The notes below the pieces were generated by a model. That model had not been told where the DNA came from and did not search any database. It saw only the letters and a list, made by a program, of their open reading frames with translations. From an uncultured bacterium (GTDB lineage: Bacteria; UBP4; UBA4092), in contig CAZXWN010000003.1 in assembly GCA_964644695.1 (NCBI GenBank), forward strand, positions 124,001 to 188,000: a stretch of 64,000 bases of DNA, in the 5' to 3' direction. Shown here one piece after another: positions 10,326-20,130 of the stretch. Position 1 is the first letter of the stretch, and each line of letters begins with the position of its first letter. The translations under genes were made by a program, and so were the position numbers.

Positions 10326-12617
10326 ATGAAACAAATCCTGTTATGTTTGGCTGTATTTGGAATGACAATTCCTGGTTGGACCTTGGAGAATTATATGAAG
10401 AATAAAACAATCAAAACAGTAAAATGCGACATCCTGATTGCAGGTGGCGGACTGGGTGGGACGGCGGCCGCTATCCAGGCTTGTGAACTGGCCGGTAAGT
10501 ATGGAATTAAAAAGGTCGTTGTGACGGAAGAAACTGACTGGCCGGGTGGTCAATATACCTCACAGGCGGTAACTGCTACGGACCCAAATAATATCTGCAT
10601 GCAAGGCCATTATGAACTGGCGGCCTCGGAATTATATTACAAGTTTCATGATACGATTCGGAATTATTATCGGGACCAGGCACTGAAAACGGCTAAAACT
10701 ACATCCAGAAATGGTCAGGGAAACACAGAAGCACGAAAACGCGAGGTCAGATGGATTAAAGGGAACACCTTCTCTCCGGGGAATTCCTGGGGGTCACGAA
10801 TGGCATTTCCACCGTTGGATGGCGTTCGAGCTATTAATGAGATGTGGAAACCCTGGTTAGATTCCGGGTTGTTAGAGATTCATTACCAGTGGATTCCTGT
10901 CAAAGTGGAGAAAGAGGGTAAAAAAGTTACTGCCGTTATTTTCAAGGACACCGTTTCAGGGACTTTAACTCGTATTGAAGCGAAACAAGTCCTGGATGCA
11001 ACAGAACTGGGTGATTTATTACCCCTGTCCAAAACAGATTATCGGCTGGGAGTCGATGCTTCCGAAGATACCAAAGAACCTACCTTATTTGATAAAAATG
11101 GGAAAGCGATTTTCCCTAAATCCCTGCCGGGTTCTCCTCAGTCGATTACCTTTCCCTTTGTCGTTGAGTGGAGGGCTGTGGGTGAAGACCATCGTCTTCC
11201 ATGGGAAACCCGCCCCAAATCCTACGACAAATGGAAAAAAAGGTTTTATCTATCACCCTTCATGATGAGTCGATACAACGAATATCTTGTTTCTTCCACA
11301 GGAAGTGGTCATTCACCTTTCTGGTCCTACCGGCGAATATTGGATGCCTCAATCCTCGACGCCTCATTACCGGCGGATATATATCCCCGTTACTTAAATA
11401 ATAAATGGGTCAAGAAATTTGATCCTGATAAAAATCCGGAAATATTTAATCCTACTGAGTTACGGACGAATGTGGGAGACCTTCTTGAAGTGAACTGGGG
11501 TTCCAATGATTACTGGGATAAAACGATTATTGATGTATCTCTGGAAAAACGGGCTGAGGCTATCCAGGAAGCTAAAGAGCTTTCGCTGAGTTTCCTGTAT
11601 TGGTTGTGGTACGAATGCCCAAGAGACCCTGATGATTCAACTCTTGACCCGAAAAATTCCAAAAACTGGTCGATTGACCCTGTGACCGGGAAGAATCGTG
11701 GTTATAGTAATCTGAAATTCCGGAAGGATATCTTAGGTACTGCTGACGGATTATCCAAATATCCGTATATTCGGGAAAGCCGTCGTGTTAAAGCACTGTT
11801 TACCATTCTTCAACAGGACATCATGGGACAGACTCGAGCTCGGGCCGCCCGATTCCCGGATACGGTAGGGATTGGACAGTATTATTGTATGGACCTGCAT
11901 CGTACTGTTCCAGATCCAGAATATAAAACGGATCTGCATTTCAAAGAAACAACTTATCGAGATGGAACAAAGGGCCGTGAGAATAATACCACCCGATTCC
12001 AAATCCCCTATGGTGCTCTGGTCCCCCAAAAGACAGACAATCTCCTGATGGCCTGTAAGAATCTGGGTGTTACCCATATAACTAATGGGACATATCGTCT
12101 TCACCCTGTGGAATTTGTGATTGGGCAAGCGGCGGGTGCGGCTGCTGTCCTGGCGATTAAAAACAAATGCGCACCACGAGATATCTGGATGAAAAAACAG
12201 GGAGATGAAACATTATCCGGAACTCGTAAACTCCGGGAACTCCAACACATCTTGTTGGAAGCAAAATCTCCCCTGTACTGGAATATGGATTGTGGATGGA
12301 ATACGGATTTGTTTGAGGCGGTCCAGTGGGTATGTTTACTGGATGTGATTGCCCCGGAAGGTGAGAAATTCAATCCTGATGCACCGCTGACCGGAGCCGA
12401 TGCAAACCGGGCTCTGGCTCTCTTTGCGGAACTCTGTGGAAAGACATGGAAGGATAAAGAACCGTTGTCGGGGGATAAAGTGACCGTGAATGCCTTTATG
12501 GAAAAACTGTCGAAGCTGGACCCCAAACTAGAATGGATTCCCGGGAAAGGGGCTTTGACCCGTGGTGAGGCGGCTATCGCATTCCATCAGTCTCTTTTAG
12601 CTAAACTGAAACTCTAA
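10326..12617 (+). CDS. Exported FAD-dependent oxidoreductase (FAD_oxidored family) with SLH-like C-terminus
   Basis: Signal peptide; GGGLGG dinucleotide-binding motif; DATELGDL, PYIRESRR, FQIPYGAL, TYRLHPVE; C-terminal FNPDAPLT and LTRGEAA resemble SLH repeats. Confidence 0.8.
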   Translation: MKQILLCLAVFGMTIPGWTLENYMKNKTIKTVKCDILIAGGGLGGTAAAIQACELAGKYGIKKVVVTEETDWPGGQYTSQAVTATDPNNICMQGHYELAASELYYKFHDTIRNYYRDQALKTAKTTSRNGQGNTEARKREVRWIKGNTFSPGNSWGSRMAFPPLDGVRAINEMWKPWLDSGLLEIHYQWIPVKVEKEGKKVTAVIFKDTVSGTLTRIEAKQVLDATELGDLLPLSKTDYRLGVDASEDTKEPTLFDKNGKAIFPKSLPGSPQSITFPFVVEWRAVGEDHRLPWETRPKSYDKWKKRFYLSPFMMSRYNEYLVSSTGSGHSPFWSYRRILDASILDASLPADIYPRYLNNKWVKKFDPDKNPEIFNPTELRTNVGDLLEVNWGSNDYWDKTIIDVSLEKRAEAIQEAKELSLSFLYWLWYECPRDPDDSTLDPKNSKNWSIDPVTGKNRGYSNLKFRKDILGTADGLSKYPYIRESRRVKALFTILQQDIMGQTRARAARFPDTVGIGQYYCMDLHRTVPDPEYKTDLHFKETTYRDGTKGRENNTTRFQIPYGALVPQKTDNLLMACKNLGVTHITNGTYRLHPVEFVIGQAAGAAAVLAIKNKCAPRDIWMKKQGDETLSGTRKLRELQHILLEAKSPLYWNMDCGWNTDLFEAVQWVCLLDVIAPEGEKFNPDAPLTGADANRALALFAELCGKTWKDKEPLSGDKVTVNAFMEKLSKLDPKLEWIPGKGALTRGEAAIAFHQSLLAKLKL

Positions 12618-12634
12618 TTTAGAAGCTGTTTTAC

Positions 12635-12669
12635 ACCAGGGGTGGCTGTTTGGGCTATCCCTGGTTTTT
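12635..12669 (+). terminator. Intrinsic terminator
   Basis: ACCAGGGGTGGC...GCTATCCCTGGT followed by a T run, just after the stop codon. Confidence 0.6.
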
Positions 12670-12838
12670 GTTTGCCCGGATTTTGATGAATCTGGACATT
12701 TGATTGAATTTGAATAACTTATTCTTTTGTCGAATTATGTTGGTTTATATCAATAAATTCTTATGAAATCTGGATTCGCGGGCTATGGTAGTATATACGG
12801 ACAAAATAACCATACTGTTTTTTTAATGTATTGGAGTA

Positions 12839-15301
12839 ATGAAAATGCCTACGAAAAAGTTAGCAATCTCTCCTGATTTTTACTTTATCCCCCAACCCCG
12901 AAAAATGGTGCTTCAGTCGGGCCGAATTAAGTTAAACGATGAGTGGACGGTCTGTCTGGAATCTGTGGATGAGTCGGAACGGTTCACGGTCGATTTGGTG
13001 GCGGAAGAAGCGGCCGATTTCCTCAGCCGTAAGTGGATGGTATCTTCAGGTCCTGCCCGAAAAGCTGCCAAACGAGTTGTGTTTTCCTCCTGTTCACCTG
13101 ACCCCACAAAACCGGCTCTGTTTAATGAACAGGGTTATTACCTGACGGTGGAGCCTAATCTGATTGGGATATCTGCTCCGACCCGTTTGGGCCGTTTCTA
13201 TGGCGCCCAAACCCTGCGTCAGATTATCCGGACTTCAGTATCCAAAATCATCCCCTGCCTTACGATTACCGATTGGCCGGAAATGAAATGGCGCGGAATT
13301 TCTGATGATATAAGTCGTGGCCAGGTCTCTCAGTTGGCAGACTTTTTGTATCTCATCAAGGAATTGGCTTACTACAAGATCAATATGTTCCAACCCTATA
13401 TTGAAGACACTTTCCGATACAATACCGAGCCCGATATTGGCCGGGCACGGGGTGCCATAACCAAGGCTGAAATGGCGGCTATGGCCGATACTGCTTACGC
13501 CTTCCATATAGAGTTCTGCCCGGTAATGGAATGTATGGGACATCAGGAACGAGCTTTGGCACTTCCGCAACTCCGCAAATATGCTGAACGGCAAGATGAG
13601 ACGATGATGCCGTGGTCTTTTGATCTGGTCAGTAAAGAGGCTATGAAATTTATCCATTCTCTGATGGATGAAATGATAGAAGCCACTCCTCATTCTCAGT
13701 TCTTCCATGCCGGTTGTGATGAATCTTTTGATATTGGTGAAGGGCCCAGTCTGGCGAAAGTGGAAAAACAGGGAGAAGGAAAGGTCTTTGCGGATTGCAT
13801 TAATCAGATTTATCAGAATGCAACAGTGAAGCATGGCCGGACTCTCATGTATTACGGCGATATGATTCTCAATCATCCTGAGGCTTTGAAACATCTCCCC
13901 TCCGATGCCATTATTGTCGATTGGCATTATATTCCTCAGGAGGATTACCCCTCCGTACGGAAAATCAAAGAAGCGGGTTTCTCCAATATTATTGTCAGTC
14001 CGGGGATTGCCTCCTGGTCTCGTTTCTATCCAAACCATGCGGTCGGGTTTGCGAATGTAGCCAATTTTGTCAAAGTTGGAAAACGGGAGGGAGCAATTGG
14101 GTGCGTGACTTCTTCCTGGGGCGATAATGGAGCGGAAAACCTTCGTGAAAATAACCTGTTGGCATACGCCTACAGTGCGGCAGTGACCTGGGAAGAAAAG
14201 GAAGAATCCAATCCTGCCCGTTTCATGAAAAAATGGGTATCTAACTATTACGGAATAGACCCCCAGTCAAAAACAGGAAAACTCCTGCATCAGATTGAAA
14301 TGGCTCTTGGATTCCTTCCGGATGGGCTTAACGATTATACTCCCTGGCACTTATTCCACAGTGCAGTGAAAGTTACTCCCGTGGATGAGAAACTTAAACC
14401 CGTATTATCTGACTTCCTGAAATCTATCAATCGGCTTCTGGATTTGATGCCGTCCTTTAATGAGATTGAACTCCCCCTGAATGAGACCCATTTGTATTCA
14501 TTGCAGCATACTGCCAAACGCTACGCTTATTTGGCAGACAAGGCGCTCACCCTGGACCAAATCCATGACGTGTTATCGGTTAAATCCTCAGAAGAACCAG
14601 ACCCTCTCTTTATTATGAGTGAGTTGATTCATCTTCAGGACCAGCTTTTGGATATCTATGGTGAATATCCCCGGTTGTGGCTGATGAGTAATAAGTTTGA
14701 AGGATTGGACTTTAATCTGCGGAGAATGATACTCCAAATCCAGGATTATCAACACTTGATTGATCGGCTTCAGTCCGGTATTTTGCCTTCGATCAAAGAA
14801 CCTGCCATTACCTGGCTATGGCATCCCGTGACCAAAGAACGGCCCAAGTGGCGTGAATTGCATGGCAGATTTTATTTTATTCGGCCGCTTGAAATCAAAA
14901 AAACAGTCGCCTCTGCCATCCTTAAAGGGTGGGGTTTGGAAGATTTTCATGCCTGGGTGAATGGGACCAAAGTATTGTCCTGTGAACAGACAGACCGGGT
15001 TCCAATGGCGAATGTGGCTTCATGGCTGAAGAAGGGAACGAATGTTCTTGCCGTCTCGGAAGTGAACAATCTTCCCGCACGAAGAGCCTGGACCCTGGAA
15101 CTGGTTCTGAAATATACCGATGGGACCGAGGAACGAATCACAGGGGATAAACTCTGGAAATCTTCCAAGGTCTATCAGCCTGACTGGTTCAAAAAACTTC
15201 CCAAAGCTTCCGATAAGAACTGGCTTCCCGCGGAAATCGTTGGCAAAGGGTATGAGCTGATGGGCACTTTTATGATTCATTGGCCCGAAGATGTTATCTG
15301 A
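12839..15301 (+). CDS. GH20 family beta-N-acetylhexosaminidase with C-terminal beta-sandwich domain
   Basis: EQGYYL...GRFYGAQTLRQ, ITDWP..WRG..DDISRG, catalytic HAGCDE, VDWHY, SSWGD. No signal peptide seen. Confidence 0.85.
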   Translation: MKMPTKKLAISPDFYFIPQPRKMVLQSGRIKLNDEWTVCLESVDESERFTVDLVAEEAADFLSRKWMVSSGPARKAAKRVVFSSCSPDPTKPALFNEQGYYLTVEPNLIGISAPTRLGRFYGAQTLRQIIRTSVSKIIPCLTITDWPEMKWRGISDDISRGQVSQLADFLYLIKELAYYKINMFQPYIEDTFRYNTEPDIGRARGAITKAEMAAMADTAYAFHIEFCPVMECMGHQERALALPQLRKYAERQDETMMPWSFDLVSKEAMKFIHSLMDEMIEATPHSQFFHAGCDESFDIGEGPSLAKVEKQGEGKVFADCINQIYQNATVKHGRTLMYYGDMILNHPEALKHLPSDAIIVDWHYIPQEDYPSVRKIKEAGFSNIIVSPGIASWSRFYPNHAVGFANVANFVKVGKREGAIGCVTSSWGDNGAENLRENNLLAYAYSAAVTWEEKEESNPARFMKKWVSNYYGIDPQSKTGKLLHQIEMALGFLPDGLNDYTPWHLFHSAVKVTPVDEKLKPVLSDFLKSINRLLDLMPSFNEIELPLNETHLYSLQHTAKRYAYLADKALTLDQIHDVLSVKSSEEPDPLFIMSELIHLQDQLLDIYGEYPRLWLMSNKFEGLDFNLRRMILQIQDYQHLIDRLQSGILPSIKEPAITWLWHPVTKERPKWRELHGRFYFIRPLEIKKTVASAILKGWGLEDFHAWVNGTKVLSCEQTDRVPMANVASWLKKGTNVLAVSEVNNLPARRAWTLELVLKYTDGTEERITGDKLWKSSKVYQPDWFKKLPKASDKNWLPAEIVGKGYELMGTFMIHWPEDVI

Positions 15302-15324
15302 TTTGATATGATAATAGGCAATGC

Positions 15325-15360
15325 CGGCCCTGCTGTTTTAGATAATGGCAGGGCCGTTTT
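15325..15360 (+). terminator. Intrinsic terminator
   Basis: CGGCCCTGC...GCAGGGCCG followed by TTTT. Confidence 0.65.
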
Positions 15361-15378
15361 ATTTGGAGGTATGGTGCT

Positions 15379-16218
15379 ATGAAATTTAGACTTTACATGA
15401 TTTTATTCTTATTGGTTTTATCTGGGTCAGTCCTGGCCGCAGGAAACAAACCTCTCACCTTGAAAGTGATGCAATATAACATCCACCATGGAGCGGACGA
15501 ATCCAACAAAATGAATTTAGACCGACAGGCGGATTTGATTGCCAATGAAAAACCTGATTTGGTCAGTCTGAACGAGTGTTATGGGGGTGGAGTTAAATTT
15601 GGAAATCAGGCCAAAGAATTAGCCGATCTGTTAAATAAACGAACGGGAAAAAAATGGTACTGGGCGCATGGGACCAATGTTAAGTTTGTGACTGAACTGT
15701 ACGGTACCGCCGTCTTATCAAAATATCCTATTAAGAAATATACCAACCTGCATCTCCCTCGGGTTCCTGAAAATAACGAACAACGGGGTCTCCTTTCCGC
15801 CGATATCCAGATTCCCAATGCGCCATTGTTCAGATTCCATGTGACCCATCTGGCATTTCAGGGTTTTGCAACAACAGAGAGAGAACTCAGTGTCGCTGAG
15901 ATTGAAAAGGCCCGTAAGGCTTTTTCCGGCCCGCAGATTTTGGCGGGAGATTTTAACTCTCGTCCTGCTGCTCCCTGTATCCAGACATTGGTCAAAAACT
16001 GGCAGGATACCTGGGTCGCTGTCCATGGTGATAAATCAGAAGGCGATACTTTCAATGCACTCAATCCAAAACAACGGATTGATTATATCTTTGTTCCCCG
16101 GGACCCGTCATTCAGTGTAATCACTTCGTATGTTCCTGATGATGACCTCGCAAAAACAGTCAGTGACCATCGGCCTCTGGTCTCTGTCATCCAATATCTG
16201 CCTGCGAAAAAGAAATAA
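15379..16218 (+). CDS. Secreted endonuclease/exonuclease/phosphatase (EEP) family protein
   Basis: Signal peptide; YNIH, LNE, THL, GDFN, RIDYIF and SDH motifs; GGAGG ribosome site. Confidence 0.9.
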   Translation: MKFRLYMILFLLVLSGSVLAAGNKPLTLKVMQYNIHHGADESNKMNLDRQADLIANEKPDLVSLNECYGGGVKFGNQAKELADLLNKRTGKKWYWAHGTNVKFVTELYGTAVLSKYPIKKYTNLHLPRVPENNEQRGLLSADIQIPNAPLFRFHVTHLAFQGFATTERELSVAEIEKARKAFSGPQILAGDFNSRPAAPCIQTLVKNWQDTWVAVHGDKSEGDTFNALNPKQRIDYIFVPRDPSFSVITSYVPDDDLAKTVSDHRPLVSVIQYLPAKKK

Positions 16219-16242
16219 TTATCCGGAGTTGTATTGATTATC

Positions 16243-16797
16243 ATGTTGACTCGTGAACAGGCTTTTCTGGAAATCCAATCCCGGATTCCCAATGTGAATT
16301 TACAGAAACACATGATTGCCGCTGAGGCCATCATGCGGGAGCTGGCCCGACATTTTAGCGAAGACCCCGACCGATGGGGATTGTCAGGATTACTCCATGA
16401 TATTGATTACAATGAAACCGCCAAAGACCCGCAGCGCCACAGTCTTCTTGGATATGAGATCCTGAAACAACTGGGAGTAGATGAGGATATCGCCTATGCC
16501 GTTAAGGTCCATAATGAAGTTCATGGACTGCCCCGGTTGTCCCTCATGGACAAGGCCCTGTATGCTGCAGACCCGACCACCGGACTTATTGTTGCCGCAG
16601 CGTTGATTCTCCCTCAAAAGAAACTTCATCTGGTGACAACGGACTTTCTTATGAAAAGATTTCATGAGAAAGGGTTTGCCCGTGGAGCTGACCGGACCGT
16701 CATTGCCTCCTGTTCGGAGTTAGGGCTTTCTCTGGAAGAATTCTTTACCCTCTCTCTTCAAGGCATGATGAAGTTCCAGTCTGAACTGGGACTGTAA
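16243..16797 (+). CDS. HD-domain (HDIG-type) metal-dependent phosphohydrolase
   Basis: KHMIA, GLLHDIDY, RHS, HN and AAD motifs; ATG at 16243 preferred over TTG at 16234. Confidence 0.85.
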   Translation: MLTREQAFLEIQSRIPNVNLQKHMIAAEAIMRELARHFSEDPDRWGLSGLLHDIDYNETAKDPQRHSLLGYEILKQLGVDEDIAYAVKVHNEVHGLPRLSLMDKALYAADPTTGLIVAAALILPQKKLHLVTTDFLMKRFHEKGFARGADRTVIASCSELGLSLEEFFTLSLQGMMKFQSELGL

Positions 16798-16843
16798 TAA
16801 ATGTAGTTCTCTGTATTATTGATGAGTATTCTTATCCGTATTC

Positions 16844-18157
16844 TCAGGGGGATTTCCTGTGACGAAAATAAGTGATAGTGTTTATCTTGTCCTGTAAAGA
16901 GTCATAGCGGGAGTAATAATTATTATGTTCAGTATAATTGGAAAACAGATTGGAATAACGGTAGGGAGTTACTTGTAATGTCTTAAGATCGCTTTTGGCT
17001 GAGGCTTCTCCCATAAGAAGAACCTGAGATTCCAGATAGAGAGTGAAGGGGATAATGACATCATTTTTATTATAGGATTGTGTTTGATAATCCTTCCCGG
17101 GAATGATGGTTTTGTTGCCAGCATTCCACCATGCCGGATCGAGTTTCTTGATATCCTGGAATTTTCTGGTTTCTTCAGGGGTCAGGGTTCGGCCTTCCTC
17201 AAGGGCCTTATATATGGTTCCCCAATAGGCTTGACTGATTTTCTTTAACCGGAGATTCTGTTTAACAGCTTCTTCTTTGGAGGGGTTGAGATTGATTCCG
17301 GCACTTTCCATTTGGTGGACAAACCATAATGGTATTTGAATGGTTTTTGGCTGGGGCATATCCTCAATCAGTTGATGAGTTCGATAATCCCAATGGTAAT
17401 CCAATGGCCGGCCAGCTGTGGTCAACTCGTATTGTGACGGATTTTTCAGTGAGGGATATTTGTCCCAGTTTTTGTATCCAAATCCGAAAATGTGGGTTGT
17501 GTCATTGTTTCCATCATATCCCATGATTTGAATTAAATCGCCCTTACTGGTTATTCCGTTACTGGGGTCATAACAATAAGGAGTGACATAATCCCGGAGC
17601 ATGGCCTTCTCTGTTTCAGTTAACATCACGGATGTCCCATTAAGAGTGGTCCTGGCTTTCTGATAGGGTTCCATCCACTTTCGGAATTGACCCAGAGAGA
17701 ATTGGGAGACTTTATCAGGACCGGGACTATGTAATATGAAAAAGTTTGCTCCCAAATGATGCAGGGTCCAGCAAGTGTATCCATACATTTGCTCCCCATC
17801 ACGAAATGGGTCGTAAAGAGGTTCTTTCTTCATGTAAGCCACCGGTGTAGTGAGCCCACACCAATAGACAGAATAACCACTGTAACTGGTGGTCTGGTCC
17901 AGAGTTCCGAAAGTCAGCGGTGTCTTTGGATTCTTTTTCCACTGCCTCTGAGTGTCCGAGGGAAAATACATTCCACAAAAATCTACACCATAGATTACGA
18001 TTCCCACTCTGATTTGCTCCCAATCCTTGGCAACTTGTTCTAATCGCTTTTTTATTAATGTTTCGTGGAGTTGGGAAGTACCCCAGACGATCCCGGCGGT
18101 TAATATCAAAAGTCCTGTACCCAGTAAACTGTAACGAAGTGTGGATTTATGGGACAT
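16844..18157 (-). CDS. Membrane-anchored protein with pilin/GspG-like domain and an unrecognised C-terminal domain
   Basis: One N-terminal TM, amphipathic helix, then LTTPVAYM..DPF...SPGPD...YDPSNGITSKGDL; no prepilin cleavage motif. Confidence 0.55.
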   Translation of the reverse strand: MSHKSTLRYSLLGTGLLILTAGIVWGTSQLHETLIKKRLEQVAKDWEQIRVGIVIYGVDFCGMYFPSDTQRQWKKNPKTPLTFGTLDQTTSYSGYSVYWCGLTTPVAYMKKEPLYDPFRDGEQMYGYTCWTLHHLGANFFILHSPGPDKVSQFSLGQFRKWMEPYQKARTTLNGTSVMLTETEKAMLRDYVTPYCYDPSNGITSKGDLIQIMGYDGNNDTTHIFGFGYKNWDKYPSLKNPSQYELTTAGRPLDYHWDYRTHQLIEDMPQPKTIQIPLWFVHQMESAGINLNPSKEEAVKQNLRLKKISQAYWGTIYKALEEGRTLTPEETRKFQDIKKLDPAWWNAGNKTIIPGKDYQTQSYNKNDVIIPFTLYLESQVLLMGEASAKSDLKTLQVTPYRYSNLFSNYTEHNNYYSRYDSLQDKINTITYFRHRKSP

Positions 18158-18767
18158 GGGCGGGCTCCTTTAGTTTTCTGCTTGAAGTCGTGATGGCCTG
18201 CTGAAGTTCTTTGGAAATGCGACTCAGTTCAGTAAGTACCCTGTTCTGATATGGACTCAAGGGTTCAGGGATTTGCCGTTTGATATTTTTTAATTCGTTC
18301 TGAAGATAGGCCAGTCGGTGGAGGGCTGACTGGGGCTGATGGTTTTCCCAATCTTCAGCGGCCAATAGAATCTGACTTTTCCCAATCAGAGGCAGGATTT
18401 GAAATAATCCCTGTGTATCAATTCCAATCCCCGGACTCTTGTTTTTACTGGTGTTATCCATTGTTCGCCACCAGAGAGATTGTTCCTTTTTCCAGGAGTT
18501 CAGATAATCGGATTCAGTTTTTGTGAAGGGGCGAGGATGTAAGAAGAATTTTCCAAACCCCTGTCCAAGATGGTTTAGTTGAGGATAGATTTTGGTCTGA
18601 AGGATTTGACTCCCGGTAACGACTCCGATCGTTTTTAATTCCGTAACCAGAGAAGTCGTTAAACAAGGGTAGGTGCTGACACTTGTCTGGGGGGTGTCTG
18701 CCCATCCCGCACCGACACTCCCGGAGAATAATATCCATCCCAATAAAACGATGACCCAATATTTCAT
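18147..18767 (-). CDS. Secreted hypothetical protein similar to the C-terminal domain of 16844-18157
   Basis: Signal peptide; shares R..T..E, KK....WW and SQ.LL..E with its neighbour; overlaps it by 11 bp. Confidence 0.65.
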   Translation of the reverse strand: MKYWVIVLLGWILFSGSVGAGWADTPQTSVSTYPCLTTSLVTELKTIGVVTGSQILQTKIYPQLNHLGQGFGKFFLHPRPFTKTESDYLNSWKKEQSLWWRTMDNTSKNKSPGIGIDTQGLFQILPLIGKSQILLAAEDWENHQPQSALHRLAYLQNELKNIKRQIPEPLSPYQNRVLTELSRISKELQQAITTSSRKLKEPAHVP

Positions 18768-18944
18768 AGTAAATCAACCCTCGGCTTATATTAATCGGTC
18801 AACTTTGATCCGTCAATCAATTTTTATCTATCGGAAGGATTTGACAGAAGGTGTCCACTCCGTTTCTTGAAACGAGCCAGATACGAAGGGGGTCTGGTTC
18901 TGGTCATGATTTCAGGATCCGCAGGTCGGGTCTGTGATAAAACA

Positions 18945-18977
18945 ATCCACGGAGTTGCTCGGAACAGCTCCGTGGAT
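18945..18977. repeat. Palindromic intergenic element, copy 2; likely terminator of the radical SAM operon
   Basis: ATCCACGGAGTTGCTCGGAACAGCTCCGTGGAT, 9 bp downstream of the radical SAM stop codon. Confidence 0.65.
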
Positions 18978-18986
18978 GTGTCGTTT

Positions 18987-20120
18987 TTATGAGGGGTTTT
19001 GGTCTTCTAAGAAAGACAGGAGAGGATAAACCGCATTGTAATGTTTTTGGATAAACCGGGGCGATTTTTGCTGGTAGAGCCGTTCCCCCAGGTCGTCAGC
19101 AATGGGTATCAACAGTCGTTCTGATTCACACAGGAAAGGACTGATTTGATTGATATCTCCAGTGGTTTGGAAGTTCAGGCAGGAACACCGGTGATTACAT
19201 CGTTTCTTTACCGGACAGGAGAGGCAGGGTTCCTGGTCCTCCTGCGACTGTTGGAACAGAGTGTTTTGTTTGTCGGAATCCAGACCCTTCCATACATCTC
19301 CAATGATATAGTTACGGAGACTGGTTCCGTCTCGGACAAATTGGACACAGGGATAAATGGCACCATCGGGAGCCACCGACACCTGTCTTTGTGCAAAGAG
19401 ACATCTCTGGCAGTGAGCATCTTCCCCCTGTATCCATGTGGAGAGTTTCACTTCAAAGGGACCAAAATAAAACTTCCGGTCTGCCAGAGTTTCTTTTTCA
19501 TACCACTTTGAGAGTTGAAGATATTGTTTTTTCAATTCCACCAGGTGGTCATCTGTCCAGTCTCCGGCGTAATTCAGAGATACATTCAAATATCGGAATC
19601 CCAAATCCGTGAGATAGGCAACAGACTCAGCATACCAGGGCAGAGTCTCTGGAGTGACGGTCATCAGGCAGGGTGCATAAGGCTGATATTTCAGAAGGGT
19701 TTTGGCTCTCTCTTCCAGAACATGATGAGTTTGTTCTCCGGCTGCAGTTTTCCGGTGGTAATCATGGGCGGTGGAGATTCCATCCAGACTCAACCCGACT
19801 GTCATCCTGTTGTCTTTACATAACTCCAGGAATTCTTCATCCATTAACCAGCCATTGGTCGTTACTTTGAAATGGAATGGAACACCGGTCTTTCGGCTGA
19901 TCTCCCGGGCTTCATCAATGCCAATTTTAATCAGGTCTTTTCGTAATAGGGGTTCTCCCCCAAAAAAGATGATACCCGGATTGACCTTATCCAGTTCTCC
20001 TGCGATCCGGACCGTTTGACGCATGATCTCTTCGGTCATTTCCATATTGTCACAGGGTGTACTGTAACAATACCCACACCGGAAATTACAACGGGTAGTC
20101 AGATGTATTGTAAAGTGCAT
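18987..20120 (-). CDS. Radical SAM/SPASM domain protein
   Basis: CNFRCGYC (CxxxCxxC), FFGGEPLL, TTNG, SLDG; SPASM pattern C-x12-G-x4-C ... C-x2-C-x5-C-x3-C-x18-C. Confidence 0.95.
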   Translation of the reverse strand: MHFTIHLTTRCNFRCGYCYSTPCDNMEMTEEIMRQTVRIAGELDKVNPGIIFFGGEPLLRKDLIKIGIDEAREISRKTGVPFHFKVTTNGWLMDEEFLELCKDNRMTVGLSLDGISTAHDYHRKTAAGEQTHHVLEERAKTLLKYQPYAPCLMTVTPETLPWYAESVAYLTDLGFRYLNVSLNYAGDWTDDHLVELKKQYLQLSKWYEKETLADRKFYFGPFEVKLSTWIQGEDAHCQRCLFAQRQVSVAPDGAIYPCVQFVRDGTSLRNYIIGDVWKGLDSDKQNTLFQQSQEDQEPCLSCPVKKRCNHRCSCLNFQTTGDINQISPFLCESERLLIPIADDLGERLYQQKSPRFIQKHYNAVYPLLSFLEDQNPS

Positions 20121-20130
20121 ATTGGGATTC

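Noticed and set aside
13235-14038. 267-aa antisense ORF within GH20, and other shadow ORFs such as 41873-42427 and 57936-58631
   Set aside because: They lie opposite or inside well-supported genes and show no recognisable motifs.
18846-18858. 13-mer AGAAGGTGTCCAC also found at 60249-60261
   Set aside because: Flanks do not align and matches of this length are expected by chance in 64 kb.
18987-20120. Calling the enzyme an anaerobic sulfatase maturase
   Set aside because: No sulfatase with a [CS]xPxR motif is nearby; the co-operonic genes are a different family. Action in trans cannot be excluded.
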